A stretch of 64,000 bases of DNA, taken from Terracidiphilus sp. (GTDB lineage: Bacteria; Acidobacteriota; Terriglobia; Terriglobales; Acidobacteriaceae). Below are positions 38,874 through 49,909 of the stretch, piece by piece. The position numbers and the translations under genes were made by a program. The notes beneath the pieces were generated by a model. It had not been told where the DNA came from and did not search any database. It saw only the letters and a list, made by a program, of their open reading frames with translations. Within the stretch, counting starts at the first letter, position 1. Each line of letters opens with the position of its first letter. The stretch covers positions 1,265 through 65,264 of the forward strand of contig JBMFHN010000001.1 in the NCBI GenBank assembly GCA_049976805.1. The letters are read 5' to 3'.

Positions 38874-39113
38874 ATGCCCATCGACCGAAAGCTCGATTCA
38901 ACCAAGCGCAAGCGTATGCGCCATGCCGAGCGGAAGCTCAAAGAGGCTCAGCGGCAACTGGCGAGGACCGAACGCAGCATCCAGTACTGGACCCGAGTCG
39001 TGGCTGACCTGAAGTACGAAAGAACCCGCATCGTTCAACCTCCTCTTTGGCCGGAAGAAGAGCCTTCTTCGGAAAACGGGCGCGAGGACGCGCTCAAGGA
39101 AAATGCCGGCTGA
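38874..39113 (+). CDS. Small hypothetical protein (basic, coiled-coil-like)
   Basis: 79 aa from an internal ATG of the track ORF: MPIDRKLDSTKRKRMRHAERKLKEAQRQLARTERSIQYW. No family recognised. Confidence 0.3.
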   Translation: MPIDRKLDSTKRKRMRHAERKLKEAQRQLARTERSIQYWTRVVADLKYERTRIVQPPLWPEEEPSSENGREDALKENAG

Positions 39114-39330
39114 AAATCAACGCGTCGCGGATCTGCGAGGAGTCTCTTCCTGCTGTGCCGCCGCCTGGCCTCCAGGTCCATCGCGCCGCCCCGGACGGCA
39201 GCTTCCACCCTGGCCCTGGCCGAAGGGACAGGGAGAGAAAATTTTGTTCCTGTCCAGAGCTTTTAGTTCATGGATGAACATTTTTGCAAGCGGGCACCCG
39301 CAATATCTCCGAGCATGGATTCATCGTTGA

Positions 39331-41214
39331 TTATTCAACGGTGACGGATTTGGCCAGGTTTCTGGGCTGATCAACATCGCAGCCGCGGCGGACGGCGATG
39401 TAGTAGGCCAGCAACTGCAGGGGCACGATCTCGATCAGCGGCGAAAGCAGCTCAACGGCCGGCGGGATGGCGATCACATGCTCGACAAGTCCGCCTATGG
39501 CCGTGTCGCCCTCGGTGGCGATGGCGATCACCCGGCCGGAGCGGGCCGTTACTTCCTGGATGTTGGAAAGGGTCTTCTCGTAGCGCAGTCTGGAGGCCGG
39601 ATCCGATTCATCGCGCGTGGCCAGAACCACCACCGGCAGGTTTTCGTCGATCAGCGCGTTGGGACCGTGTTTCATTTCGCCGGCCGGGTAGCCCTCGGCG
39701 TGAATGTAGGAGATTTCCTTCAGCTTCAAAGCGCCTTCGAGGGCAATGGGAAAGTGGATGCCGCGGCCGAGATAGAGAAAATCGCGGCAAGTGGAGAATT
39801 CCCTGGCCAGCTGTTCGCACTGGGCAGCGCGGGAGCGCAGCACTTCCTCGATCTTCGAAGGGATGCGGCTCAGTTCCTCGATGAGCGCCACCGACTGGGC
39901 CGGATCGAGCTGGCCGCGCAGTTGCCCCAGCTTGAGCGCCAGCAGGAACAGGGCGGTGAGCTGCGCGGTGAAGGCCTTGGTGGAGGCGACGCCGATCTCC
40001 GGGCCGGCGTGGGTGTAGATGGCGCCGTGAGCTTCGCGAGCCACCATGGCGTCCACCACGTTGCAGATGGCCACGGTCTTCGAACCGAGACTTTTCATCT
40101 CGCGCTGCGCGGCCAGGGTGTCGGCGGTTTCGCCCGACTGAGTGATGAGCAGGCCCAGAGCGTTGGGATCGGCGATGGGCGAGCGATAGCGGTACTCGCT
40201 GGCGTAGTCCACGTCGACCGGCAGGCGGGCCAGCCGTTCGATCATATATTTTCCTGCCAGGGCAGAGTGCCAACTCGTTCCGCAGGCGGCGATATTGATA
40301 CTGGTGGCGTGGGCGAGTTCCTCGTCGCCGATCTCCATCTCTCCCAGGAAGACCTTGCCCGAGTCCAGCGAAACCCGGCCCAGCGTGGTGTCGGTAATGG
40401 CCCGCGGCTGCTCCCAGATCTCCTTGAGCATGAAGTGCTTGTAGCCGCCCTTTTCGGCCTGGATGGGGTCCCACTGGATGCGCGTGAGCGCGCGCTCGAT
40501 GGGGTTGCCGTCAAAGTCGGTCAGCTCAACGCCGGCCAGGGTGAGGATGGCCAGGTCGCCATCGGCGAGAAAATAGATGTTGCGCGTGTGAGCCAGGATG
40601 CCGGGCACATCGGAGGCGACAAACGACTCGCCCTCGCCCACGCCGATAATCACCGGCGGGCCAAAGCGCGCCACCACGATCTTGTCTGGCTCGGCGGCCG
40701 AAAGCACGCCCAGCGCGAAGGCTCCGGTGAGCCGCTTGACGGCGCGGCGGACGGCTACTTCGAGCGGAATCGGCTGCCCGGCCGCGTCGGCTTCCTGCTG
40801 AATCTGCTCGATCAGGTGGGCGATGATCTCGGTGTCGGTTTCGGTGACGAATTTATGGCCCTGGGCGACCAGCTCGCGCTTCAGCTCCAGGTAGTTTTCC
40901 ACGATGCCGTTGTGGACCACAACAATGCGCCCCGTACAATCGCGGTGCGGGTGGGCGTTTTCCTCCGTGGGGCGGCCATGCGTGGCCCAGCGGGTGTGGC
41001 CGATGCCGAAAGTTCCATCGAGCGGGTGCTGGACGAGCACCTCTTCCAGGTTGGCCAGCTTGCCCGGGGCACGCCGCACCTCGAGCGTGGAGCTGGACGG
41101 GCTGCCCACGGCGATGCCCGCCGAGTCGTAGCCACGGTATTCGAGGCGCCTGAGCCCCTCGATGATGACGGGAACGACCTTCTTGCGACCCACGTAACCG
41201 ACAATTCCGCACAT
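39331..41214 (-). CDS. glmS: Glutamine--fructose-6-phosphate aminotransferase
   Basis: [10 protein letters not shown]-terminal nucleophile, tandem SIS domains, C-terminal KSVTVE. Confidence 0.95.
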   Translation of the reverse strand: MCGIVGYVGRKKVVPVIIEGLRRLEYRGYDSAGIAVGSPSSSTLEVRRAPGKLANLEEVLVQHPLDGTFGIGHTRWATHGRPTEENAHPHRDCTGRIVVVHNGIVENYLELKRELVAQGHKFVTETDTEIIAHLIEQIQQEADAAGQPIPLEVAVRRAVKRLTGAFALGVLSAAEPDKIVVARFGPPVIIGVGEGESFVASDVPGILAHTRNIYFLADGDLAILTLAGVELTDFDGNPIERALTRIQWDPIQAEKGGYKHFMLKEIWEQPRAITDTTLGRVSLDSGKVFLGEMEIGDEELAHATSINIAACGTSWHSALAGKYMIERLARLPVDVDYASEYRYRSPIADPNALGLLITQSGETADTLAAQREMKSLGSKTVAICNVVDAMVAREAHGAIYTHAGPEIGVASTKAFTAQLTALFLLALKLGQLRGQLDPAQSVALIEELSRIPSKIEEVLRSRAAQCEQLAREFSTCRDFLYLGRGIHFPIALEGALKLKEISYIHAEGYPAGEMKHGPNALIDENLPVVVLATRDESDPASRLRYEKTLSNIQEVTARSGRVIAIATEGDTAIGGLVEHVIAIPPAVELLSPLIEIVPLQLLAYYIAVRRGCDVDQPRNLAKSVTVE

Positions 41215-41384
41215 GCAGCGATTCTAAGCGACTTGGCAGGGTATCGGCTATGCCGTTTCCGTCAGATCGGTCAGGGTATTTCCAGCTTCGAATCTCCTTT
41301 TTATGAAAATCCGCCTGCCATCCGCCTGCTCTTCCGGCTGGGATTGCGGAGCCTGGCCTAGACTCAGATCAGGAGGATGATGCC

Positions 41385-42350
41385 ATGGCAACGGAAGGGA
41401 CGGCAAAGATTGGAATCGTCGGGGCGGGCAGCGTGGGAGCAACGATCGCCTATGCGGCGATGATTCGCGGCGTGGCGCGGCAGATCTGCCTGTTCGACAT
41501 AGCCAGGACCAAGGTGAACGCCGAAGTGCTGGATTTGAATCACGGGATGCTGTTCGTTCCGCCGGGAACGGTCGATGGATCGGACGATATTGAGGTGCTG
41601 CGCGGCTCCGACGTGGTGGTGGTGACGGCTGGAGCCAAGCAGAATCCGGGGCAGTCGAGGATGGATTTGGCCTCAGCCAACGCGGCCATCTGTGCCAAGT
41701 TGCTGCCGAAGGTGGTCGAGGTGGCTCCGGAGGCGATCCTGCTTCTGATTACCAACCCGGTGGACGTGATCACCCAGGTGGCGCTGAAGCTGACCGGCTT
41801 GCCCTGGGAGCGCGTCATCGGTTCCGGCACGGTGCTCGACAGTTCGCGTTTCCGTTATCTGCTGGCCAGGCACTGCGGCGTGGCGGTGCAGAATGTGCAT
41901 GCCTACATTGCCGGAGAGCACGGCGATTCGGAGATTCCGCTCTGGTCCAGCGCCAGCATCGGATCGATTCCGCTGAGCCAGTGGGAAGTCGAAGGCCATG
42001 GACGGATGACTGCGGCCGACAAGGAGAAGATTGTTCAGAATGTCAAGGATGCGGCCAACCAGGTGATTCAGGGCAAGGGCGCCACCAACTACGCCATCGG
42101 ACTGGCGGTGACCAACATTCTCGAAGCGCTGCTCCATGACGAACAGCGCGTACTGCCTTTGAGCGGTCTTGTGCAGGGTTACAGCGGAGTGGAAGAGGTA
42201 TGCCTGAGTCTGCCGCGGATCGTGGGCCGGAAAGGGATCGAGCCGCCGCTGCCGATTCCGATGACCGTCGACGAACGGACCGGCCTCGAGGAAAGCGCCC
42301 AACGGATTCGCGCAGCCGTGCGAGGGCTGGAGACGCTGGAGCACACCTAG
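41385..42350 (+). CDS. ldh: L-lactate dehydrogenase
   Basis: KIGIVGAGSVGAT, TAGAKQNPGQSRMDL (Gln at the LDH/MDH discriminating position) and GEHGDSEIPLWS. Confidence 0.85.
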   Translation: MATEGTAKIGIVGAGSVGATIAYAAMIRGVARQICLFDIARTKVNAEVLDLNHGMLFVPPGTVDGSDDIEVLRGSDVVVVTAGAKQNPGQSRMDLASANAAICAKLLPKVVEVAPEAILLLITNPVDVITQVALKLTGLPWERVIGSGTVLDSSRFRYLLARHCGVAVQNVHAYIAGEHGDSEIPLWSSASIGSIPLSQWEVEGHGRMTAADKEKIVQNVKDAANQVIQGKGATNYAIGLAVTNILEALLHDEQRVLPLSGLVQGYSGVEEVCLSLPRIVGRKGIEPPLPIPMTVDERTGLEESAQRIRAAVRGLETLEHT

Positions 42351-42373
42351 GAAATGACGCTGTGTGAACGGAG

Positions 42374-42401
42374 CTTGGGCGGCGGTTGCCTGCCGCCCGA
42401 G
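42374..42401. terminator. Hairpin between the convergent ldh and purS genes (possible bidirectional terminator)
   Basis: CTTGGGCGGC-N8-GCCGCCCGAG, a 10-bp stem with one G-U pair. No clear T tract. Confidence 0.3.
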
Positions 42402-42419
42402 TTGGACCGCGCCCGGGCA

Positions 42420-42668
42420 CTATTTCTCTAAATAGTAGGTGAACTCTTCGATCACCGGGTTGGTGAGCACCTCGCGGGCGATGCGCTCGACCAGCGCGCT
42501 GGCGGCCTCGGCCGAAAGCTTGTCCGAGAGGGAAAGCGCGAAATACTTGCCCTGGCGCACGGCGGTAACATCCGCAAATCCGATCTTGCGCAGGGCGTTT
42601 TGGATAGTCTGGCCCTGCGGATCGAGGACCGAGGTTTTCAGTGTGACACGGACGTGGGCCTTCATCAT
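42420..42668 (-). CDS. purS: Phosphoribosylformylglycinamidine synthase subunit PurS
   Basis: 82 aa: VRVTLKTSVLDPQGQTIQNALRKIGF...VERIAREVLTNPVIEEF. Confidence 0.9.
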   Translation of the reverse strand: MMKAHVRVTLKTSVLDPQGQTIQNALRKIGFADVTAVRQGKYFALSLSDKLSAEAASALVERIAREVLTNPVIEEFTYYLEK

Positions 42669-42826
42669 CTACAATTATAGTGGTTCTGCCGAACGGCTGG
42701 AACCTTGGTAGAAAGTCTTTGCAGTGCGCGGGCTGGATGTGTGTTTTCCGTCCGCAAGCTGGATTCGCTGCTCACGCGACGTCGCCATGCCCCCGATCTT
42801 CCGTTCGAGGAGAAGAGAAGAAACAG

Positions 42827-43381
42827 ATGGTCAATTATCTGGAGTTGCCCGTTGGAGAGCGCGCGCCGGAGGTCTTCCGCATCGTCGTCGAAATTCCCAA
42901 GGGCGGAAACAACAAGTTTGAATACGACAAGCAATGGCACATCTTCAGGATGGATCGCAACCTGCACTCACCGGTTCATTACCCGGGCGACTACGGCTTC
43001 ATTCCTTCGACGTTGAGCGATGACGGGGACCCGCTGGACGTGCTGGTGCTGGTGCCTGAGCCGAGCTTTACCGGCTGTGTTCAGGAGGTTCGTCCCATCG
43101 GCCTGCTGGAAACGATGGACCAGGGTACGCCGGACGAGAAGGTGCTGGCGGTGGGCAAGAACAACCCGCGCTTTGTCAACATCTGGAATTACACGGACAT
43201 CTATCCCCACATGCTGAAGGAGATCACGCACTTTTTCTCCATTTACAAGGATTTGGAAGGCAAGCGGGTGGAGATCAAGGGATGGCATGATGCGGCCTAT
43301 GCCCGCGAGCGCGTCACGCACTCGATCCGGCAGTTTGAACAAGGCAAGGCGCAGATTGCTGCCGCCAAGGCGGGCAGGTAG
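42827..43381 (+). CDS. ppa: Inorganic pyrophosphatase (family I)
   Basis: VVEIPKGGNNKFEYD, YPGDYGFIPSTLSDDGDPLDVLVL. ATG at 42827 with a purine-rich RBS. The track ORF start at 42680 is an extension. Confidence 0.9.
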   Translation: MVNYLELPVGERAPEVFRIVVEIPKGGNNKFEYDKQWHIFRMDRNLHSPVHYPGDYGFIPSTLSDDGDPLDVLVLVPEPSFTGCVQEVRPIGLLETMDQGTPDEKVLAVGKNNPRFVNIWNYTDIYPHMLKEITHFFSIYKDLEGKRVEIKGWHDAAYARERVTHSIRQFEQGKAQIAAAKAGR

Positions 43382-43984
43382 TCCCGGCCGGGTGGCCGGT
43401 TCCAGCACCCAGGCCGACCGCAACGCGGGGATGGGAACAAACAGGTTAAACAGCGGTCAGGATGAGATCCTGTCCATCACCGGACAGGTTGTCCGACCGC
43501 CATCGGCTGGTTGCGCCGCGCGGCTCTCTTCGCGATTCATTTTCAGTTGAGCTTCATTCGCTGGCAGTTTCCGCATGGCGTCCGTAATCGGGTTGCGGCC
43601 CATCATCGCGCAGCGCTCAAAAGGGATTTCGAGTCGGTCCGCCGCCAGTTTTCATCCGAGATGGTTTCCGCAGCGCCCGCCCGCCGCAAATTCCGGACCG
43701 CTGTCCCAGACAGGCGTGGATGATCTGGCCCGTGTGCCGGATTTCCTTGAGTCCGCACTGGAACGATGCGGCGCTGTCGTGCGCCGGTTGTGGGCGGCGG
43801 GAGCACACCAGCCGCCCGAGGCCTGCCCGGGTGGATACCCGCTCCCATCTTTGCCGTGTAGCCGCGGATCGGTCGGCCGCTGCCCGGGGTGAAAAACAGC
43901 AGGATCGGTCTCTTTGCCCGCTGCCAGCAATGTTTTCTGCCGCCGGGGCATGACCCGGTCCGCGGGTCTATTTTCCCGCTCGTC

Positions 43985-43990
43985 TATAAT
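43985..43990 (+). promoter_or_regulatory. Perfect TATAAT hexamer upstream of ppiD (candidate -10)
   Basis: TATAAT read directly from the sequence, about 120 nt upstream of the ppiD ATG. No good -35 element seen. Confidence 0.25.
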
Positions 43991-44109
43991 GACAGAGAAT
44001 CGCGCCCGAAGAAGAATTGTGCGTCCAGCCCAATGCCGTCGCAGCCGGTGATCAGGTGTGCCGGGCTTTTCCGGTCAGCGCGTAGAGAGTTGAAGGTCCG
44101 AATCCATCC

Positions 44110-46080
44110 ATGATCCGCTTCCTGCAGAGAGACAATCGCCTGACCAAGGCATTTTTCATCGTCATCATTGCCGCCGCCTCGGTTGGCATGGTGGTGTACC
44201 TGATTCCCGGCCTGATGGGCATGGGAGGCGCTTCGAGCAGCGACTACGCCATGGTCTATCCGCACTGGTACAGCCGTCTGCTGTCTTCCGGCTATGCGGT
44301 GACCCAGCAGCGGGTGAACGAGCTTGCCCGCACGCAATTGCAGCAGCGCGCCCCGCAGTACGCCGAAAATCCGACCATCCTGGGCATCTTCGAGCAGCAG
44401 GTTGGCCAGCAGCTGATCCAGCAGCAGATTCTGCTGGCCGAGGCTGCAAAACTTGGCATCCGCGCCTCGGACGACGACGTGCGGCAGTTTCTGCACAAGG
44501 GCCAGTTTGGCGAGATTCTTTTTCCTGGCGGCCAGTTCATCGGCCAGGACCGCTACGCCGACTTTGTCGCCCGCCAGTTCAATCTGTCGGTGGCGGCTTT
44601 TGAGCAGGAGGTGAAGGAAGATATCGTGATTCACCGGCTGGAGGCGCTGATCACCGCCGGGGTGACGGTGAGCGATCAGCAGGTGCGCGACGCGTATCGC
44701 AAGGCGAATGTCAAGATCAAGTTCGACTATGCGGTGATCTCCTCGGACGATTTGCGCAAGACAATCCATCCCACCGACAGCCAGTTGGAAGCCTTTTTCC
44801 AGAAGAACGCCGCACAATACGCCACGGCTGTGCCGGAACAACGGCGGATCACTTACTTTGCCTTCACCGCCGACCAGTTGCCGGGCGGTGTGCCGCAGCC
44901 CAGCCAGCAGGAAATTCAGCAGTACTATAACGAGCACCTGTCCGACTATCAGATTCCGGAACAGGCCCGTTCACGCCACATCCTGATCAGTGTTCCCCCC
45001 GGGGCCGACGCCAAAACGGACGCCGCGGCCAAGGCCAGGGCCGAAGGAATCCTCCAGCAGCTTCAGCACGGAGCGAACTTTGCCGCGCTGGCCAAGAAAT
45101 ACTCCGACGACCCGGGCAGCAAGGACAAGGGCGGCGAGCTGGGCTTCGCTCAGCGCGGCACCATGGTGCCCGCCTTTGACAACGCCATCTTCACCCAGAA
45201 GATCGGCGCGATCAAAATCGTGAAAACTCAGTTCGGTTATCACATCGTGCAGGTGGAAGAGCGGGAGCCGGCTCACACGGAAGCGCTCAACGAGGTGCTG
45301 CCGACCATCCAGGCCACGCTCATCCGGCAGAATGTGGCCAAGGCCGAACAGGATTATGCCGAGGCGCTCACCTCCGAGGCGATCAAGAACGGACTGCAGA
45401 AGACCGCTGCGGCCCATCACCTGCAACTGTCAACCACGCCGCTGGTCGCCGAGCAGGGCGTGATTTCCGCGCTCCCCGACTCTTCCCGGATCCTCCAGAA
45501 AGCCTTTGCGTCCAAGCAGGGCGACCCGCCGCAATTCGCCGCCACCGGTGAGGGGTACGCCATTTTCCAGGTCACCGGTGTTGTTCCCGCTCACGCGCCC
45601 AGCTTTGCCGACTGGAAGAGCCATGTTGCCGACGACTACCGCAGCGAGCAGCTTCCCGGTCTGCTCAGTCAGAAGACCGCGGAGCTGGCCGAGAAAGCCA
45701 GGGAACTGAACGATCTTGCCAAGGCCGCCAACGAGGTCGGAGCGACGATGAAGACCAGCGACCTGGTGAACGAAACCGGCCAGGTGCCCGATCTGGGCGC
45801 GGTGGGCCAGGTGGCTCCGCAACTCTTCAATATGAACGTGGGCGCCATCAGCGGCCCGATCGACGCGGGGCGCACCGGTGTGGTGGCCAGGCTGATTGAC
45901 AAGCAGGAACCGACTGCGGCCGAGATCGCCCAGAACTTCGACCAGACCAAGGATCGTATTCTCGACCAGCGCCGTGTTCAGGCTTTCAATATTTTCCTGA
46001 GCAACCTGGTCGAGCAGTACAAGCGGCACAATCTGATCCGGGTCTTCAAGACACCCGCAGATCAGATACCGGGCGCATAG
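44110..46080 (+). CDS. ppiD: Periplasmic chaperone PpiD-like (N-terminal membrane anchor, SurA-like and parvulin domains)
   Basis: TM helix AFFIVIIAAASVGMVVYLIPG. Parvulin domain ARSRHILI...GGELGFAQRGTMVPAFDNAIF...FGYHIVQV. Confidence 0.8.
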   Translation: MIRFLQRDNRLTKAFFIVIIAAASVGMVVYLIPGLMGMGGASSSDYAMVYPHWYSRLLSSGYAVTQQRVNELARTQLQQRAPQYAENPTILGIFEQQVGQQLIQQQILLAEAAKLGIRASDDDVRQFLHKGQFGEILFPGGQFIGQDRYADFVARQFNLSVAAFEQEVKEDIVIHRLEALITAGVTVSDQQVRDAYRKANVKIKFDYAVISSDDLRKTIHPTDSQLEAFFQKNAAQYATAVPEQRRITYFAFTADQLPGGVPQPSQQEIQQYYNEHLSDYQIPEQARSRHILISVPPGADAKTDAAAKARAEGILQQLQHGANFAALAKKYSDDPGSKDKGGELGFAQRGTMVPAFDNAIFTQKIGAIKIVKTQFGYHIVQVEEREPAHTEALNEVLPTIQATLIRQNVAKAEQDYAEALTSEAIKNGLQKTAAAHHLQLSTTPLVAEQGVISALPDSSRILQKAFASKQGDPPQFAATGEGYAIFQVTGVVPAHAPSFADWKSHVADDYRSEQLPGLLSQKTAELAEKARELNDLAKAANEVGATMKTSDLVNETGQVPDLGAVGQVAPQLFNMNVGAISGPIDAGRTGVVARLIDKQEPTAAEIAQNFDQTKDRILDQRRVQAFNIFLSNLVEQYKRHNLIRVFKTPADQIPGA

Positions 46081-46103
46081 CAGGAGCCTGTTCGGAATCC
46101 GCA

Positions 46104-46137
46104 AGGCCCGCGTCGCTTCCCGATGCGGGCCTTTCTG
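46104..46137 (+). terminator. Terminator-like hairpin after ppiD
   Basis: AGGCCCGC-N13-GCGGGCCT followed by TTCTG. Confidence 0.35.
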
Positions 46138-46403
46138 CACCAGCGGCCCAACCTGAAACCAGATGCCTTCCGTGGCGGCTGAAACCCCTCTGTTCCGCCC
46201 CGGTGACTGCCGTATCACACATCTTGCGCATGCGCGCTTCCTCACCTTCCGCGCAGGCTTCGATTCCGGTGCTTCTGGCCATCGTCCGTTCGGTGTGCGC
46301 CGCGATGACGCCATGCGGGCCACGATTGCAGGGAAACGAAAAACGCGGCCCGCATCGCGGCGGAGTTCCGGCCACTGGAATCAGGGGCCCACATGGAATG
46401 GAA

Positions 46404-48950
46404 TCACCGGCCCATATCGACGGGCATACGGACATGATTCGGACACCAGAGAATATGGGCGGTTTCCAGAGGAATAAGTGCCTCAGGATGACGGGGAATC
46501 ACTCTCGGCGTAAAATCACCCGCGGGGCGGTCGGCGGGAATGGATACGGAGTACCGCCACGTGTTTTCGCCCGCGAGAGATTTTTCCCTGGTCATCTCAT
46601 GGCGAATCGGCTCGCTGCCGTCGATCGAGTCGGCATAAAGCTGCACCCGGACAGCATCGGGATCCAGTTCGTCGAGATGGACGTGGGCGTGAAAGTGGTG
46701 TTCGTTTCCCTCCGTCTCCACATGCAACGCGGTGAAGCGCAATCGGGGCCAGTGGTCGGTGAGCTGGCGGCGCCATTCGATCAGCTTTTCGGCCGCTGCC
46801 CTGCCGTCCGAATTCCGCTTGCGATACGCATTTGCTAACGGCATGTAGTATTTTCTTGTGTACTCTTGGACACAACGGGTTGCGGAAAAGGCCGGCGTCA
46901 AACGGGCCATGCTCTCGCGCATTCGATTGATCCAGGCGATGGGAAGACCGTTTTCATCACGGTTGTAAAACTCCGGAATGACCTGGGTTTCAAGCAGCGT
47001 ATAAAGCTGTTCGGCCTCTGCCGCGTCCCAGGCAGGATCGTCGCCGTGTTCGAGCCCATCGCCGAGCGCCCAGCCCACGTCGGGCGAGTAGGCCTCGGCC
47101 CACCATCCGTCCAGTTCGGAAAGGTTCAAGCCTCCGTTGACCAGAACCTTCATGCCGCTGGTACCGCATGCTTCCCAGGGACGCCGGGGCGTATTCAGCC
47201 ATACGTCTACGCCCTGAACCAGATGCTCGGTCAGACGCATGTCGTAATCACTCAGAAAAACCACCTGCGAGCGGGCCGCCGTGTGCCGGATAAACTCGAT
47301 CCACCGGCGAATCATCTCCTGCCCCTCGGTATCTTGCGGATGAGCTTTGCCGGCGATCACGAGCTGCACCGGCCGTTCCGGATGAGTGAGAATCGCCAGC
47401 AGCCGGGCGGGGTCGTAGAGCAACAGATTGGGCCGCTTGTATGTGGCGAAACGCCGCGCGAATCCGAGAGTGAGCGTGTCCGGATCGAAGATTTTCCCGG
47501 CCATTTCCACATCCTCGGCCGATGCGCCGTGCCCTGCAACCTGCCGTGCCAGCCGTTCTCGAATGAATTCGACCAGCAGTCTTCGGGAGGTCGTGCGCGC
47601 CTGCCAGAGCCGATGATCGGGAACGCGGCGAATGTCCTTTTCAATCTCTTCGAGGCCGCTTTCCCATCGGTTTTTGCCGCAGGCTTCGGTCCACAGATCA
47701 TCGGCTTCTGCCGAGTCCCAGATCGGCACGTGAACCCCATTGGTGACAGAGCCGACAGGAACTTCAACTTCAGGCCATCGTGGAAAAATGTCCTGAAAAA
47801 GCTGGCGACTTACCTTGCCGTGCAAACGGCTGACGCCATTGACCGCGCCGCTGCAGCGCAGGGCGAGCAGGGCCATGCTGAAAGGTTCGCTCGCATCCTC
47901 CGCATGTTTGCGGCCCAAGGACAGAAGATCCGCCATGGAAATGCGCAATGCGTTTTGAACATAGTGCTGGAAATGCCGCTTCACCAGCGCAGGGGAAAAC
48001 AGGTCAAAGCCGGCGGCCACCGGTGTATGCGTCGTAAAAAGGTTGCCGGTGCGGGTGATGGCAAGCGCCACGTCGAAGGATACCTGTGCCTCCTCCATGT
48101 AATCCCGCGCCCGCTCCAGGACCGCAAAGGCCGCGTGCCCCTCGTTGAGATGACATACCTCGGGACGGATGCCGAGAGCGCGCAATAATCGCCATCCGCC
48201 GATTCCCAGAACCTGTTCCTGGCTGATGCGGAGTTCCGGACCGCCTCCATAAAGTTCACTCGTAATGCCGCGGTGTTCAGGAAGGTTGGCGGGATCGTTG
48301 GTGTCAAGCAGGTAAAGCTTTGACCGTCCCACGTCGACCTGCCACGCGCGAACCCACAGCCGAAATCCGGGCAGTTGCAGTTCGATGCGCAGCCATTCGC
48401 CATTCGCCTGGCGAACCGGCCGAACCGGAAGTTGCCCCGGATCATTGAATGGGTACAATGCCTGCTGATGACCATCCGCATCGATATGCTGGCGGAAATA
48501 GCCGACCTGATAAAGCAGGCCCACGCCCGCGACCGGAATGCCTAAATCACTGGCGGCCTTCAGCTGGTCTCCGGCCACGTTGCCGAGGCCGCCCGAGTAG
48601 ATCGGCAGGGCATCGTTGAGCATAAATTCCATGCTGAAATACGCAACGCGCGTAAAGGGGGGAGTGCTGTGGGTCCGTTCGAACCAACTCGTCGTCTCCT
48701 CGCGCCGCTGCTTGCGCAGGATGACCTCATCGAGTCTCTTGCGGAATTGTTCATCGCAAGCCAGGGATGCAAGCCTTTCCCGGGACACTGTTTGCAGCAT
48801 GGCCCAGGGATTCCGCGTCAATTCCCACAGTTCGGGATCGATTTGGCTCCAGAGATCGTCCGCGGCGTGGTTCCAGGACCAGCGCATATCAAGTGCAATC
48901 TCTGTCAAAGCGTTCAGCGCGGAATTTTGCGAGGGGAAATCTGTTTCCAT
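46404..48950 (-). CDS. glgP: Alpha-glucan (glycogen/maltodextrin) phosphorylase, GT35 family
   Basis: 848 aa. N-terminal [10 protein letters not shown] region, FSMEF...[12 protein letters not shown] and EACGTSGMK (pyridoxal-phosphate Lys region). Confidence 0.9.
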   Translation of the reverse strand: METDFPSQNSALNALTEIALDMRWSWNHAADDLWSQIDPELWELTRNPWAMLQTVSRERLASLACDEQFRKRLDEVILRKQRREETTSWFERTHSTPPFTRVAYFSMEFMLNDALPIYSGGLGNVAGDQLKAASDLGIPVAGVGLLYQVGYFRQHIDADGHQQALYPFNDPGQLPVRPVRQANGEWLRIELQLPGFRLWVRAWQVDVGRSKLYLLDTNDPANLPEHRGITSELYGGGPELRISQEQVLGIGGWRLLRALGIRPEVCHLNEGHAAFAVLERARDYMEEAQVSFDVALAITRTGNLFTTHTPVAAGFDLFSPALVKRHFQHYVQNALRISMADLLSLGRKHAEDASEPFSMALLALRCSGAVNGVSRLHGKVSRQLFQDIFPRWPEVEVPVGSVTNGVHVPIWDSAEADDLWTEACGKNRWESGLEEIEKDIRRVPDHRLWQARTTSRRLLVEFIRERLARQVAGHGASAEDVEMAGKIFDPDTLTLGFARRFATYKRPNLLLYDPARLLAILTHPERPVQLVIAGKAHPQDTEGQEMIRRWIEFIRHTAARSQVVFLSDYDMRLTEHLVQGVDVWLNTPRRPWEACGTSGMKVLVNGGLNLSELDGWWAEAYSPDVGWALGDGLEHGDDPAWDAAEAEQLYTLLETQVIPEFYNRDENGLPIAWINRMRESMARLTPAFSATRCVQEYTRKYYMPLANAYRKRNSDGRAAAEKLIEWRRQLTDHWPRLRFTALHVETEGNEHHFHAHVHLDELDPDAVRVQLYADSIDGSEPIRHEMTREKSLAGENTWRYSVSIPADRPAGDFTPRVIPRHPEALIPLETAHILWCPNHVRMPVDMGR

Positions 48951-49497
48951 TTCAGGCTCCAGTCAGCCGTTGAGGCGCGCAACGGAATGAATCTCTATCA
49001 TTGGACGGTGGGCATCGGACTTGGTCGCTTGAGTGCAGCCGTTCGGACAACTCGCTGGTTGAATGTGGCTGGGCAAGGTCAGGCCACCTCGCCGCCCGGG
49101 CGGCGCAGGCGGCGGGGGGTGAGTTCAGCCATGAATTGGATGGCGCGGCCGGCACGTCCCGGCAGCCCATCGGCCAGATACTTGCGGATGGCACGCCGAG
49201 CCGGGCCTCAGCCACAGGTTTCGGGGGCGCTTCGGCACGAGTTGTGGACAGGAAGAGCCGTGAAGGCAAGCGAGAAAAACCGCTTCGGGGCAGCCTGCTG
49301 AATGAGCTTCTTGCCGGGAATCTCAAATGGAAAGACGCGTGATTTCTTGTACTCGCAGGGCGGTGATCTGAAGGCTCCGGCCTCCTGCGTTCATGGCAAA
49401 TCGAAGGTAGGGAAAAATATCGTACGTGATCCAGCCCCGGCCCGGCCGATCCCCCGGGGGAATCTTTTGCATGGATATGGTTGGGGAAGACTCTCCA

Positions 49498-49584
49498 TGG
49501 TGGCGGGTATCGGAATCGAACCGATATGAGATTGCTCTCGGAGGTTTTTGAGACCTCTGCGTCTGCCTGTTCCGCCAACCCGCC
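49498..49584 (-). tRNA. tRNA-Leu (anticodon CAA), type II with long variable arm, CCA encoded
   Basis: Folded by hand. Acceptor stem GGCGGGT/ACCCGCC, anticodon stem GAGGT/ACCTC with loop CTCAAAA, variable stem GAGA/TCTC, T arm ATCGG-TTCGATT-CCGAT, then A-CCA. Confidence 0.85.
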
Positions 49585-49909
49585 AATATCTCTATTAAAC
49601 CATACAAAAGGCTGACCCGAAGGCCAACTCTCTTCATCGCGGTTCCAGAAATCGGCTCGGCCTCAGGCGAAGGGCACGCCTTCGCGCAAGACCGCACCTT
49701 GGCGGTGGCGGTCAAGGCGGCGGGAGTCAAAATGGTGTGTTGAATCCGCGTTCGTCCGATGCGGGCATCGAAGCGAATGCCCATCCCGCCCTCGAACCGG
49801 GGCGCGAGTTTTTCCGCCCGGGAAGGTGGCGATGTTGCCGGGCTTGACGGTGAGGAACTCGATTTGGCTGCCGGCCTCGGCGGCCAGCCGTTCAGCGTCT
49901 CCGCGCCGC

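Noticed and set aside
41215-41384. Possible glmS ribozyme upstream of glmS
   Set aside because: The 170-nt region is a divergent promoter spacer shared with ldh. I could not find the conserved glmS ribozyme core, and the element is not expected outside its usual lineages.
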